DNA of 64,000 nucleotides from a virus (IMGVR_UViG_3300031595_000166:93263-157262), one strand, 5' to 3'. Shown: positions 1 through 9,025, counted from the first letter of the stretch. Made by a program: numbers and translations. The notes: generated by a model from the sequence alone, not told the origin.

Positions 1-512
1 ACATAATCAGAATCTTCCCCTAACATAATTCGTTCATCAAAGCCAAAGATACTATTATGCACAATTCTCTTAGCGAAAATACAGAAGCCCGGAGCATAAG
101 GAAACATATGAGATGATAATACAATGAAAACATTATATGCTTCGTGCATTATATGGTCGATTTTCCTATCAGATAACGGTTCAATCTGACAAGTAGCAAT
201 GCCTAACCCCGCATAAACAAACTCATTTATTGAATCTTTCAAGAAGTCTTTTGGCAATATAACATCTGCATCTAAAAATAGTATTAGTTCCCCAGTTGCT
301 ATCTTGGCACCAGCGTTTCTACCAGCACCGGGCAATCCACCAGTTGTTATTATTGCATTGTATTCTTTTGCTATCTCTAATGTATCATCAGAAGAATGAT
401 TGTCTGCAATTATAATCTCATAATCAGAATATGATTGTTTTTTGATTGATTCTAATAGTAATGGAAGACACTCTTCCTCATTGAATGTTGGTATAACTAT
501 GGATAATTGCAT
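1..512 (-). CDS. Glycosyltransferase family 2 (3' end runs off the window)
   Basis: Manual translation: MQLSIVIPTFNEEECL...IIIADNHSSDDT...GRNAGAKIATGELILFLDADV...GFDERIMLGEDSDY, the classic GT-A motifs. Confidence 0.9.
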   Translation of the reverse strand, partial: MQLSIVIPTFNEEECLPLLLESIKKQSYSDYEIIIADNHSSDDTLEIAKEYNAIITTGGLPGAGRNAGAKIATGELILFLDADVILPKDFLKDSINEFVYAGLGIATCQIEPLSDRKIDHIMHEAYNVFIVLSSHMFPYAPGFCIFAKRIVHNSIFGFDERIMLGEDSDY

Positions 513-518
513 TTGATT

Positions 519-655
519 CTACCAGATATGTAGGAATACGATGAACAATACTACTACCATTATTACTATGACTCCTAAGACTAACATTACATCCGCCTCA
601 TGAACCATGTGAAGATTAGAATTGCCACGAGTAGTGATACAGCAAAGAATAACAT
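519..655 (-). CDS. Two coupled 22-aa hydrophobic micro-ORFs (587..655 and 519..587)
   Basis: MLFFAVSLLVAILIFTWFMRRM* and MLVLGVIVIMVVVLFIVFLHIW*, joined by a TAATG overlap directly upstream of the GT2. Confidence 0.5.
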
Positions 656-899
656 TGGAGTTTCCTATTCTAATAGATTAGATATCTATCTATATAATAT
701 GGTATTGTGTATTCTATTTCACCTTCGCTGGATATTTCTAACGAAACTATCTGATTCGTTGATATAATACAGGTATGTATATCATAAAATGGTTCGGCAA
801 CAATGGATGAGCCATATTATGGTATTGAGGCAGACAACAACAAAACAGTTTCAACCATAGAGGGGGCTGGGACTGATCCTGGTAGTAAAAAGGATACCT

Positions 900-1871
900 A
901 TGGCAACAAGATCTAAAAAATATCAATACATTTTCGCAGAAGTTTCAGTAAAAGATAGTCTATTAGATAGCAATATAAGCAATATTGCTGGCACGCCATT
1001 CAACTTGGCTCAAAAGATATATGCAGAAGAGTCAAGACTGTCTAATTACCTTGATAAGGTATTAGAAAAAGGGTTCTCGGCAATTCAACAAGATACCGCA
1101 CACCTATTGAAACAAGGATTAACAACAATAGAGATAGCAAAATTACGCGGAGTGAATGTTAGTTCCGTAATCAAGTGCATCAATGGTCAAGGCAAGAAGG
1201 GCGGGGGATTGAAGAAGCGTTCTATTACGTTGATTAAAGAGAATAAATCTACGCTAATAATCTTCATCAATAAGATCAAGAATCTATTACCAGAATCATA
1301 TGATGACTTGAATCTACCAACATTTAGGCTTGTATCCAGCGTATTGATGGCGGACGATGATGCACAAAATTGCATTGGTATACGACAATCAGGTCGTCAA
1401 ACAAGGAACAAAATGATTAAACTAAGTTGGACAGCCAGCACATCACAAGTTTCGGGATACAATGTATACCGCGACCACAATACAACGCCACTAAACGGTA
1501 ATGTTCCAGTAGCAGGAACAACATTCACTGACAATTCTGCATTACCCGGTAAGGTCTATAACTACGAGGTAAAAGCAGTATTCAATGGCGTAGAATCACA
1601 AGCAATATCGCTATCGTCATCCGATACACATGCCAAAGCATTTGCTCTTGGCAAGATTATTCAGGATGCAACAGGTCATTTTCATGAGGCAACGGTTGCT
1701 GGAACAACGGGGGCAACGCTTCCCAAGTTCGCAACTGCATTGGGCTCGACAACCAAAGATGGTTCAGTCGTCTGGACAGTAAAATCAAGCGGTGCTACTC
1801 CAATAGCATTACTAAAATCAGGACAAAGCCCCGCGGCACCAAGCAATCTTTTGATTGTTGCTCGTAGCTAA
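900..1871 (+). CDS. HTH-containing N-terminal part joined to a fibronectin type III domain protein (possible internal start at 1413)
   Basis: GLTTIEIAKLRGVNVSSV is HTH-like; IKLSWTAS..GYNVYR..FTD..YNYEVKAV is FN3-like; AAGGA precedes ATG1413. Confidence 0.6.
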   Translation: MATRSKKYQYIFAEVSVKDSLLDSNISNIAGTPFNLAQKIYAEESRLSNYLDKVLEKGFSAIQQDTAHLLKQGLTTIEIAKLRGVNVSSVIKCINGQGKKGGGLKKRSITLIKENKSTLIIFINKIKNLLPESYDDLNLPTFRLVSSVLMADDDAQNCIGIRQSGRQTRNKMIKLSWTASTSQVSGYNVYRDHNTTPLNGNVPVAGTTFTDNSALPGKVYNYEVKAVFNGVESQAISLSSSDTHAKAFALGKIIQDATGHFHEATVAGTTGATLPKFATALGSTTKDGSVVWTVKSSGATPIALLKSGQSPAAPSNLLIVARS

Positions 1872-1899
1872 TCAATTTTATATAAATTGACTCATACTT

Positions 1900-1936
1900 T
1901 CCCCGCCCGAGGCGACTTGTTGGCGGGGATTTTTTT
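1900..1936 (+). terminator. Rho-independent terminator
   Basis: CCCCGCC...GGCGGGG stem followed by a T-run, between convergent genes. Confidence 0.8.
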
Positions 1937-1944
1937 GTAGGTTA

Positions 1945-2151
1945 TTATAGGAGGAGAAGTAGTTTCTCGATTTTTTCTTCGGTTAATGGAATTAGTTGAT
2001 CATATATTCTTAGTAAGATTTTTGTTATCTCTGGGTTGCAAACGAAGGTTATGTTTTTCAGGAGGTTGTATACAACCATATATTTGCCATGTGTATGATA
2101 GCAACATGCTGAATTTAGTTTTGTTTCGGAATTACAGATAGGGCAATTCAT
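1945..2151 (-). CDS. Family A small Zn-binding protein with C-terminal KLLLL tail
   Basis: MNCPIC..CYH.HGKY..EEKIEKLLLLL; start moved to the ATGA overlap. Confidence 0.8.
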   Translation of the reverse strand: MNCPICNSETKLNSACCYHTHGKYMVVYNLLKNITFVCNPEITKILLRIYDQLIPLTEEKIEKLLLLL

Positions 2152-2423
2152 TTTAGTAATAGTATTGTGTTGATACGATCCTCGGTTAGCCGAAACCATT
2201 TATTACGTAGAGTTATAAGAAGATGAATACTAATTTTGCCATTTGATATAAATGGATCTTTCACAGAATCATCATACACGGATATTCTATTTGAAACAGA
2301 ATCGATTCTTTGATAGACAATATGATATTTTCCTATTCTATGAGAATGCCACCATACTCTTCCTTGTTGGGCAGTTCCAATAATTAATTGATCACATTCA
2401 GGACAGGGGATAGGATTATTCAT
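2148..2423 (-). CDS. Family A small Zn-binding protein
   Basis: CPEC..HSHRIGKY..EDRINTILLLK. Confidence 0.8.
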   Translation of the reverse strand: MNNPIPCPECDQLIIGTAQQGRVWWHSHRIGKYHIVYQRIDSVSNRISVYDDSVKDPFISNGKISIHLLITLRNKWFRLTEDRINTILLLK

Positions 2424-2626
2424 TTTAGCAATAGCATAATTTCAATTCGATCTTCATCAAGAAAAACATGCCCTTTACAATTTAAAATTGATTCACCCCA
2501 TGGATTATTCGTATAAACATAAGTTCCATGTAGGAAAATATTCTCATCGCGATATGAAACCTCATATTTACCAAGTGTATGCCAATGTGAGGCATAAATT
2601 ATTTCATTGCAGATGGGGCAGTTCAT
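2420..2626 (-). CDS. Family A small Zn-binding protein
   Basis: CPIC..HWHTLGKY..LDEDRIEIMLLLK. Confidence 0.8.
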   Translation of the reverse strand: MNCPICNEIIYASHWHTLGKYEVSYRDENIFLHGTYVYTNNPWGESILNCKGHVFLDEDRIEIMLLLK

Positions 2627-2892
2627 TGTAGCAATAACAATTTCTCTATTCGTTCTTCATCTAATACAACAAAACCATTCAATGTCATCTTAGTTTCCCA
2701 ACCATAACTATCATCCTTGCCAGTGTATTTTAATTGTATTAAAGTTTTCATTTGATCACCATTGCGCGAATCGAATGCAATATATGCAATATACACCACT
2801 CGATACTTACCATATCGATGCAACGTATGACCTTGCCAGCCGATATAACTTTTACATATGGGACACAGAGGAATTTCTATTATATTATTCAT
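2623..2892 (-). CDS. Family A small Zn-binding protein
   Basis: CPIC..HTLHRYGKY..LDEERIEKLLLLQ. Confidence 0.8.
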   Translation of the reverse strand: MNNIIEIPLCPICKSYIGWQGHTLHRYGKYRVVYIAYIAFDSRNGDQMKTLIQLKYTGKDDSYGWETKMTLNGFVVLDEERIEKLLLLQ

Positions 2893-3092
2893 TGTAATAA
2901 CAATAGTTTCTCTATTCGTTCCTCATCCAATAATACTAATCTATCAATTCTAAGTATCCTTTTATTGTTAGGGTATTTTCCAGCCCAAACTGTTACAACA
3001 TTATCAGAATAGTAATATACTCTATACTTTCCAATATCATGAGGGCACATATATCCAATTGGATTATTGCAGATTGGACATCTAGCATTCAT
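2889..3092 (-). CDS. Family A small Zn-binding protein
   Basis: CPIC..CPHDIGKY..LDEERIEKLLLLQ. Confidence 0.8.
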   Translation of the reverse strand: MNARCPICNNPIGYMCPHDIGKYRVYYYSDNVVTVWAGKYPNNKRILRIDRLVLLDEERIEKLLLLQ

Positions 3093-3517
3093 TGTAATAA
3101 CAATAATTTCTCTATTCGTTCTTCATCTAACAATACTAATTTATTTAGAGCCAATATTTTATTACGATTTGAATATTCCCCAGTCCAAACAACAGTCTCA
3201 TCATTATAATAATACACACGATATTTTCCCGCATCATGCTTGCAATAAGCATCAATACCTATACCGCATATAGGGCAATCAACATGAATATCATTACAGA
3301 GTATTTCACAATTCATTTTATTCATTGTAATAAACAATAATTTCTCTATTCGTTCTTTATCAAGAAACACAAGCCTATCTTTTATACATAATACATTTAG
3401 TTCATAAGTAGTATCTACACATATTGTTATAGGATCAATAAGATAATATACAGTATATTTTTCATAAATATGAAAACAACAATCATGTATTTCTTCATTA
3501 CAGATAGGACAGTTCAT
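3089..3517 (-). CDS. Family A tandem fusion of two units created by a 1-nt insertion
   Basis: Two CPIC..H..KY units; the internal junction reads RIEKLLFITMNKMNC where neighbours read KLLLLQ*; one extra A near 3333. Confidence 0.75.
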   Translation of the reverse strand: MNCPICNEEIHDCCFHIYEKYTVYYLIDPITICVDTTYELNVLCIKDRLVFLDKERIEKLLFITMNKMNCEILCNDIHVDCPICGIGIDAYCKHDAGKYRVYYYNDETVVWTGEYSNRNKILALNKLVLLDEERIEKLLLLQ

Positions 3518-3765
3518 TTCACGGGTTCGCAATAGCCTCCGTCAGAATACATTTCACAATACAATGTAATTGTTTTTCCATTAACATTTACAATGCAATT
3601 AGTATCTTCCCCCAATTCAACTGGTAATGTATAGCATTGCACACTCGAACTTCCGGTCAATGATGCACTGATATATTGCATTGCATATGGTATTGCCCAA
3701 TCACTTTTACTTGTATTGTTTTCGCAAGGTACAAAAAACATTGACAAAAGATATAATAATATCAT
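3514..3765 (-). CDS. Cys-rich putative secreted protein
   Basis: Hydrophobic N-terminus, several Cys residues, ATGA-coupled to the next gene. Confidence 0.6.
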   Translation of the reverse strand: MILLYLLSMFFVPCENNTSKSDWAIPYAMQYISASLTGSSSVQCYTLPVELGEDTNCIVNVNGKTITLYCEMYSDGGYCEPVK

Positions 3766-3969
3766 GGTTCATCCGAATATAAAATATCTTGATATTGTTC
3801 TTGTTGTATTCGTATATTACTATAATGCATTGCACAAGAAACCAATGCCGGTATAGTAATGAATGCTACTATGATTGTTAGCAACAATGTTATATGACCG
3901 TTTATGTTTTGCCTTTGTGTGTTAGTTCCCATACCTGCTCATATATCAGGCATGTTGTATTAGTGAAAA

Positions 3970-4203
3970 TTATTTTAGGAGCAGGATTGTGTTGATTCGT
4001 TTCTCATCCAATAAGACATGCCTATCAAAATCCAATACTCTACGCCATACCGTATCAGATTTATCATATACTACTGTAATCTTAGATAGATATCTTATGA
4101 CATATATCCCAGAAACCTCATCATGAATAAACTGATGTTCATCCAAGCATATGGGGCAAGTGAATATATACAGGTCAAGTTCATCGCCTTTGCGTTCTAT
4201 CAT
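3970..4203 (-). CDS. Family A small Zn-binding protein
   Basis: CPIC..H..LDEKRINTILLLK. Confidence 0.8.
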   Translation of the reverse strand: MIERKGDELDLYIFTCPICLDEHQFIHDEVSGIYVIRYLSKITVVYDKSDTVWRRVLDFDRHVLLDEKRINTILLLK

Positions 4204-4424
4204 TTCAATACCAATAGTTTCTCAATTCGTTCAATATCAATCCACCCATCAACACTTAGTATCTCTTCGCCAGTATTATGCTTGTCATTAGAAGAATAAA
4301 CTACGGTTCTATTTTCCTGAAAATAATCATAATATACAATATACTTGCCAAAATAATGACAGCAATATGTAGGATCTTTCATCATCTTATTGCATACAGG
4401 GCATCGCAATTCTAATGTTTTCAT
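4200..4424 (-). CDS. Family A small Zn-binding protein
   Basis: CPVC..CCHYFGKY..ERIEKLLVLK. Confidence 0.8.
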   Translation of the reverse strand: MKTLELRCPVCNKMMKDPTYCCHYFGKYIVYYDYFQENRTVVYSSNDKHNTGEEILSVDGWIDIERIEKLLVLK

Positions 4425-4642
4425 TGTAGTAATAGGAGTTTTTCAATACGCTCCTTCGTATCCAGTAAGATTAACTTTTTCAATCGCAAAATTATGATAT
4501 AATCATCAGCATGATCGCGGGCGAAAACGAATGTTTCTACTGGCTCATCGAAGTAGCGAACAAGATATTTATCTACTTTGTGTTGACAACAATCATTCTT
4601 ATCAAGAACCCGAATACGTTCATTGCATTTCGGGCAGTTCAT
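4421..4642 (-). CDS. Family A small Zn-binding protein
   Basis: CPKC..CQHKVDKY..ERIEKLLLLQ. Confidence 0.8.
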   Translation of the reverse strand: MNCPKCNERIRVLDKNDCCQHKVDKYLVRYFDEPVETFVFARDHADDYIIILRLKKLILLDTKERIEKLLLLQ

Positions 4643-4848
4643 TGTAGTAATAGGAGTTTCTCAATACGCTCTTCATCAAGAAAGATTCGTTTTTTAAAAC
4701 GAAGGATATAATCTCCCGATGTACCAACATATACAATTGTTTTGTATGTAGTCAGTTCATAACATACGACTTCGTATTTGCCTGCTGCATGGACATGAAA
4801 AATACGTAAGTTTTTATTGCATACTGGGCAAGTAGAACTGTTGTTCAT
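4639..4848 (-). CDS. Family A small Zn-binding protein
   Basis: CPVC..HVHAAGKY..LDEERIEKLLLLQ. Confidence 0.8.
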   Translation of the reverse strand: MNNSSTCPVCNKNLRIFHVHAAGKYEVVCYELTTYKTIVYVGTSGDYILRFKKRIFLDEERIEKLLLLQ

Positions 4849-5054
4849 TTTAATAAAAATAATTGTTCAATGCGTTCTAATGTCAATGGGATTATATTTT
4901 TTAGTCTCAATAACAACAGATCTCCTTTGCTATGAAAACTAAAAAACCAAACCATAGTGTTATTGCCCGTAGTGTCATACTCAACATCGTATTTATCTAT
5001 TGCATGCCAGTGGTGCTTACTTTCTAAGACATCAGAACAGATAGGGCAGATCAT
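4845..5054 (-). CDS. Family A small Zn-binding protein
   Basis: CPIC..HWHAIDKY..ERIEQLFLLK. Confidence 0.8.
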   Translation of the reverse strand: MICPICSDVLESKHHWHAIDKYDVEYDTTGNNTMVWFFSFHSKGDLLLLRLKNIIPLTLERIEQLFLLK

Positions 5055-5055
5055 T

Positions 5056-5265
5056 TTATTTCAGTAGGAGGAGTTTCTCAATACGTTCTATTGTCAATAC
5101 GGCTAACTGACCAAACAATCGCAACAATAGATTTTGTATATCAAGATCCCAGACATAAGTATTTGTTCTATTATAGTTAATATAGTTAATATAATACTTT
5201 CCGATCCTATGCCAGCACATAGGATTCAACTTTTCGTGGCAGACTGGGCAAGTGTGTTCTAACAT
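5056..5265 (-). CDS. Family A small Zn-binding protein
   Basis: CPVC..CWHRIGKY..ERIEKLLLLK. Confidence 0.8.
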   Translation of the reverse strand: MLEHTCPVCHEKLNPMCWHRIGKYYINYINYNRTNTYVWDLDIQNLLLRLFGQLAVLTIERIEKLLLLK

Positions 5266-5272
5266 TTTCTTT

Positions 5273-5491
5273 TTATTTCAATAATAGTAATTGTTCTATA
5301 CGATCGAATGTTAGATGAACAAGACCGGCAAAACGCAACACATAACTATTACCATCCCATACATTGGTATTATACCGCTCATGCATAACATATTCTACCC
5401 CATACGATTTCACATCATTATTAACGATATGACTGTGTGGATCGTGGTGGAGATTGTTTCCTAGATCATTGGAACAGATTGGGCAGAGCAT
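5273..5491 (-). CDS. Family A small Zn-binding protein
   Basis: CPIC..HSH..DRIEQLLLLK. Confidence 0.8.
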   Translation of the reverse strand: MLCPICSNDLGNNLHHDPHSHIVNNDVKSYGVEYVMHERYNTNVWDGNSYVLRFAGLVHLTFDRIEQLLLLK

Positions 5492-5500
5492 TTTTTGCCT

Positions 5501-5761
5501 TTATTTGAGTAGTGAGAGTTTCTCAATTCGTTCTTCATCTAACACAACGAAGCCATCAAGCCTGAATAATTCTTTCCAATAAGAAGTAGTAGTATATTTG
5601 AGCCCAAGACTCATTCCTTCAATGTATGAAGTATCATCAGAAAGCTTAATGTAAATTAGTGTTTTGCGTTCCTTCGCCACGTAGACGATTTCATATTTTC
5701 CAAGAACATGTTCGTGCGAAAGATCTCCACTAAAATCAACATTACAGATAGGGCAGATCAT
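5501..5761 (-). CDS. Family A small Zn-binding protein
   Basis: CPIC..HEHVLGKY..LDEERIEKLSLLK. Confidence 0.8.
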   Translation of the reverse strand: MICPICNVDFSGDLSHEHVLGKYEIVYVAKERKTLIYIKLSDDTSYIEGMSLGLKYTTTSYWKELFRLDGFVVLDEERIEKLSLLK

Positions 5762-5762
5762 T

Positions 5763-5990
5763 TTATTTCAGTAGTGAGAGTTTCTCAATTCGTTCATCAT
5801 CCAATACAATCAGACCATCCATAACTAATACTAGATTTGTTATAGGTGGTACTATATCTTGTCCGGTAAAAACCACAGTTTTGTCCATTTCATCCTCAAC
5901 AAGATATCTAATCTGATGACGAACGAGAATATGACGATGATATACATGGAATACTATATGACACATTGGGCATTCACGCGTGTTATCCAT
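5763..5990 (-). CDS. Family A small Zn-binding protein
   Basis: CPMC..HRH..LDDERIEKLSLLK. Confidence 0.75.
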   Translation of the reverse strand: MDNTRECPMCHIVFHVYHRHILVRHQIRYLVEDEMDKTVVFTGQDIVPPITNLVLVMDGLIVLDDERIEKLSLLK

Positions 5991-5995
5991 TGTAG

Positions 5996-6232
5996 TTACC
6001 TCAACAATAATAGTTTTTGCCATCGATCATAAACATTCGGTCGTTTGTTTTTTAGATATGATATAAGTGTCCTATCAGATTCAAAAAAATAGTCAAGAAA
6101 CGAATCATGTAATAGGATCTCTATTAGATCTTCGTCTGATCTTAATGCAAACTCTATTCTGAATATTGTGGGCGTCAAGGCTCCCACACCAAGCACAAGC
6201 AAACCAAGGAGGGCGTATCCAATGTTTTTCAT
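5996..6232 (-). CDS. Family C protein (N-terminal TM) with KLLLL tail
   Basis: SDEDLIEILL..YLKNKRPNVYDRWQKLLLLR; paralog of 19980..20153. Confidence 0.7.
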   Translation of the reverse strand: MKNIGYALLGLLVLGVGALTPTIFRIEFALRSDEDLIEILLHDSFLDYFFESDRTLISYLKNKRPNVYDRWQKLLLLR

Positions 6233-6615
6233 TTGGGACTCTTCGTGTGTTTTGGTATTCCGTAAGTATAATCGGGATAAATAAAATCACGATACCAATG
6301 AACATATGTATATGATTTATATGTTCCACCGATTGATACTACTGCCTTGCGCCATTCTTTACCATGTCCCGACTCATCTACAAGTAAATGTGCTGCTTCA
6401 TGCAACAATAGCAGACGCTCTTTCAACATACTCTTACGAGATAGACATATCCACCCAGTATATTTATACATCGTGTGAGCATGAGCAGCACTTTTTTTGT
6501 CAATGATATCGTCTTGATCCACGCATCCGCCAACGGATATTCCCATAACTTCTTTTATGTCGCGAAGACATGGCGGGAAGTGGAATGGATTTTTGATTAG
6601 ATACTTTTGCTTCAT
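6229..6615 (-). CDS. SprT-like HExxH zinc metallopeptidase
   Basis: LLHEAAHL..GHGKEW; paralog of 54137..54610. Confidence 0.65.
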   Translation of the reverse strand: MKQKYLIKNPFHFPPCLRDIKEVMGISVGGCVDQDDIIDKKSAAHAHTMYKYTGWICLSRKSMLKERLLLLHEAAHLLVDESGHGKEWRKAVVSIGGTYKSYTYVHWYRDFIYPDYTYGIPKHTKSPK

Positions 6616-6623
6616 ATCAACAA

Positions 6624-7103
6624 TTAAATTAGTATAAGCATTTTCCTAATGCGATCCATTGACATCGTAAAATCCATACCAGATAGATCTATTTTAGAAT
6701 GCTTATTGAGAACATTGATTATGTAATCGTTGTAATCACTCATAGCTGTATATCTTGAACCAAGGTATATGTATCCTTGCTCACGATAGAAAAAATCACT
6801 ATCATCGCAGTCATTAGACATCTTCAATTCAGTTTCAGGATCTGCACCATCAATAAAATCAAAAAGAGTGTTGGCTAATGTTTTAAAATACTTTGCGTTG
6901 CTTTCTATATTGTCTGTGCTAAAATGGATGTCGTAAGAATAATAACTATTCACATCCCAAATAAAATGTGAAACGAATGTTTCTCGATATAGAAACTTGG
7001 GACTATCTTCTGGTGATGGAGGAAAAAGATCACGGAATACACCACGACCAAGCTCATACATTGTATGATTGTTCGTATTGACGAGAGTGTATTCGATACC
7101 CAT
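6624..7103 (-). CDS. Hypothetical protein with tail motif
   Basis: 159-aa ORF unrelated to families A and B but ending DRIRKMLILI. Confidence 0.7.
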   Translation of the reverse strand: MGIEYTLVNTNNHTMYELGRGVFRDLFPPSPEDSPKFLYRETFVSHFIWDVNSYYSYDIHFSTDNIESNAKYFKTLANTLFDFIDGADPETELKMSNDCDDSDFFYREQGYIYLGSRYTAMSDYNDYIINVLNKHSKIDLSGMDFTMSMDRIRKMLILI

Positions 7104-7109
7104 TTTAAT

Positions 7110-7412
7110 TTACCTTTTGATTGAACATTTAGGACAATTGCATCCTAATTTATTAGGACCCCAGTAATCGTTAGTTAGTTCTTCACCGCGCTGGATATCT
7201 TTCAATGCCAGCATATCAAAATTGGGATTGATTGGGCGTATGGTTGGCTCACAAGAATGATTGACTCCGCCACTATCACCATATACATGAAAACCAAGCG
7301 ATGGCGTTTTGATTATAGAACCTTTTGGAATGAAGCATTTAGCGAAGATTCCAATGCCATGGATCTTGCTTGGTAAGTTTTCTTTGTAGTGGAGCCAGTT
7401 ATACGTTTTCAT
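7110..7412 (-). CDS. SET-domain protein (putative lysine methyltransferase)
   Basis: SKIHGIGIFA, NHSCEP, DIQRGEELTNDY and a post-SET-like CNCPKC. Confidence 0.85.
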   Translation of the reverse strand: MKTYNWLHYKENLPSKIHGIGIFAKCFIPKGSIIKTPSLGFHVYGDSGGVNHSCEPTIRPINPNFDMLALKDIQRGEELTNDYWGPNKLGCNCPKCSIKR

Positions 7413-7676
7413 TTATTGAAGGAGGAGTAGTTTCTCAATTCGTTGTTCATCTAATACTACCCAGTCATTCAAGTCTATGACACGAACATATCGACTGTCA
7501 TGAAATAATGTCTGAAAATCAGGATTATCAATCCATACGCTAATGGCTGATAGACCTTCTACTGTATGATAGACTGCTATATATTTACCGAATTTATGAT
7601 CGTGGCTGGAATAACTATCACGGGATGACAAGAAACACTTATGGCATATGGGGCATTGTTGTTCTGTCATAGACAT
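7413..7676 (-). CDS. Family A small Zn-binding protein
   Basis: CPIC..HDHKFGKY..LDEQRIEKLLLLQ. Confidence 0.8.
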   Translation of the reverse strand: MSMTEQQCPICHKCFLSSRDSYSSHDHKFGKYIAVYHTVEGLSAISVWIDNPDFQTLFHDSRYVRVIDLNDWVVLDEQRIEKLLLLQ

Positions 7677-7685
7677 TGGAATGCT

Positions 7686-8006
7686 TTATTCTTTTTCTTT
7701 CAATAGTTTCTTTATGTCATTCGGTAATATATTATGGGCAGTTGCATCTTCCCATCTTGATATTTCCCAAGCGATACATTGATCCAATGTGAGTTTTATA
7801 TCTATTTTGACTTCCGACAACACTAATTGACATAACTTGAATTGCTTTGCCTTCTCGACAAGGTTATCATAAGCAAGTCTTTCGTTGAGAAACTCTTGTG
7901 GAAGTTCGCCGAAGACGAGCTTATACTTGTCTTGCGATATCCTCCAAGGATGTTTCTTGCGAACGTTGATTGTTATTTGTTGGAGGAGATCGGCTTTTGA
8001 TGTCAT
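7686..8006 (-). CDS. Hypothetical protein
   Basis: ORF in the co-oriented run. Confidence 0.6.
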   Translation of the reverse strand: MTSKADLLQQITINVRKKHPWRISQDKYKLVFGELPQEFLNERLAYDNLVEKAKQFKLCQLVLSEVKIDIKLTLDQCIAWEISRWEDATAHNILPNDIKKLLKEKE

Positions 8007-8069
8007 TTTCGTAGTGTCATTGTGTTCCTTATGTTGTTATGCGGTTGCGATCATGCGCAGTAGTATATT

Positions 8070-8462
8070 TTATGGATATTGTCTACCGCGCCCTATTGCT
8101 TTGTCTTTTAGTCTTCGTGATATGCTCTTTTGCTGACTTTTATTAAAAATAGAATAATCAGCAACCGAGTGAGCGCTATTATTGTGTTGACTGTCGTCCC
8201 ACACATCTATACGCTCATTATTAAACTCTTGCAGAGATATAGCCCACGTACTATCAGCACGGTAGCCGTTGGCAATAAAAAGATTGTACGCATTCTGCGC
8301 TGACGTCTTATTACCTGCGTCCAATGACAAACAACAATTATCCTTTGGCATAGGACAAAAAGACTGTGAAGATGGTTGACCAGTATTAGGATCAACTTCA
8401 GCGTGTCTATAAAATATTAGATTAGGATTACCGGTAATTTTTGACCCAGTTTTCATACACAT
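8070..8462 (-). CDS. Hypothetical protein, possible ADP-ribosyltransferase-fold toxin
   Basis: FYR...GQPSSQSF...CLSL...AHS pattern resembles Tse2/RES-like ART folds (inference). Confidence 0.45.
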   Translation of the reverse strand: MCMKTGSKITGNPNLIFYRHAEVDPNTGQPSSQSFCPMPKDNCCLSLDAGNKTSAQNAYNLFIANGYRADSTWAISLQEFNNERIDVWDDSQHNNSAHSVADYSIFNKSQQKSISRRLKDKAIGRGRQYP

Positions 8463-8485
8463 TTATTTGCTTTCAATAAAAACTG

Positions 8486-9025
8486 TTAAATATGTTTTGA
8501 GATCCATGCACTAATTGCCTGGGAATCATTTACGTTACAGCAAACAACATCATCTGGATCAAAAGAAGTTAGGTTGGTTGCTTCAATACTTACGGTTGTT
8601 GAGTCAAAACAAACATCTGTTGCCCAAGTATCTGATACCCATTCAGCTTGAATGTTACCTTCTGGTGTGGTAAATATAGAAGGAATAGGAACATTAGAAT
8701 TGGCTGTAAGTACTGCCATTAGTACCGTAACGGCGGCGCGAGCAATTGTACCAGTTACAACACCAGAAGACGTAAACTCATTAATACGGTTACACATCAA
8801 TGTAATTCGCGCATCACGAGTAACGGCTGGAGCACTAACAACATCTTGACGCAGTGTGTCAAACGGATCCTTAGCTGCTGTTGGTTGTTGTGGTGGTTGT
8901 TCCATATCATTCTCGATCTTAGTGTTCTTATATACCAATGCAAGATTATTCCTATCTGCGGAACGAGATGGAGCAGATGGAGCAGATGGAGCAGATGGAG
9001 CAGATTGTTCGGATAGATTCGACAT
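8486..9025 (-). CDS. Hypothetical protein, possible partner or antitoxin of the downstream gene
   Basis: PIPSIFTTPEGNIQAEW motif; start set downstream of the promoter at 9042-9069. Confidence 0.55.
   Translation of the reverse strand: MSNLSEQSAPSAPSAPSAPSRSADRNNLALVYKNTKIENDMEQPPQQPTAAKDPFDTLRQDVVSAPAVTRDARITLMCNRINEFTSSGVVTGTIARAAVTVLMAVLTANSNVPIPSIFTTPEGNIQAEWVSDTWATDVCFDSTTVSIEATNLTSFDPDDVVCCNVNDSQAISAWISKHI
8967..9006. repeat. 9-bp tandem repeat (GATGGAGCA) x4, encoding (SAP)n
   Basis: Seen directly in the sequence. Confidence 0.9.

Noticed and set aside
1945-6023. Integron-like cassette array with attC sites
   Set aside because: Genes overlap or are a few bases apart, leaving no room for attC hairpins; junction conservation is at the peptide level; no integrase is present.
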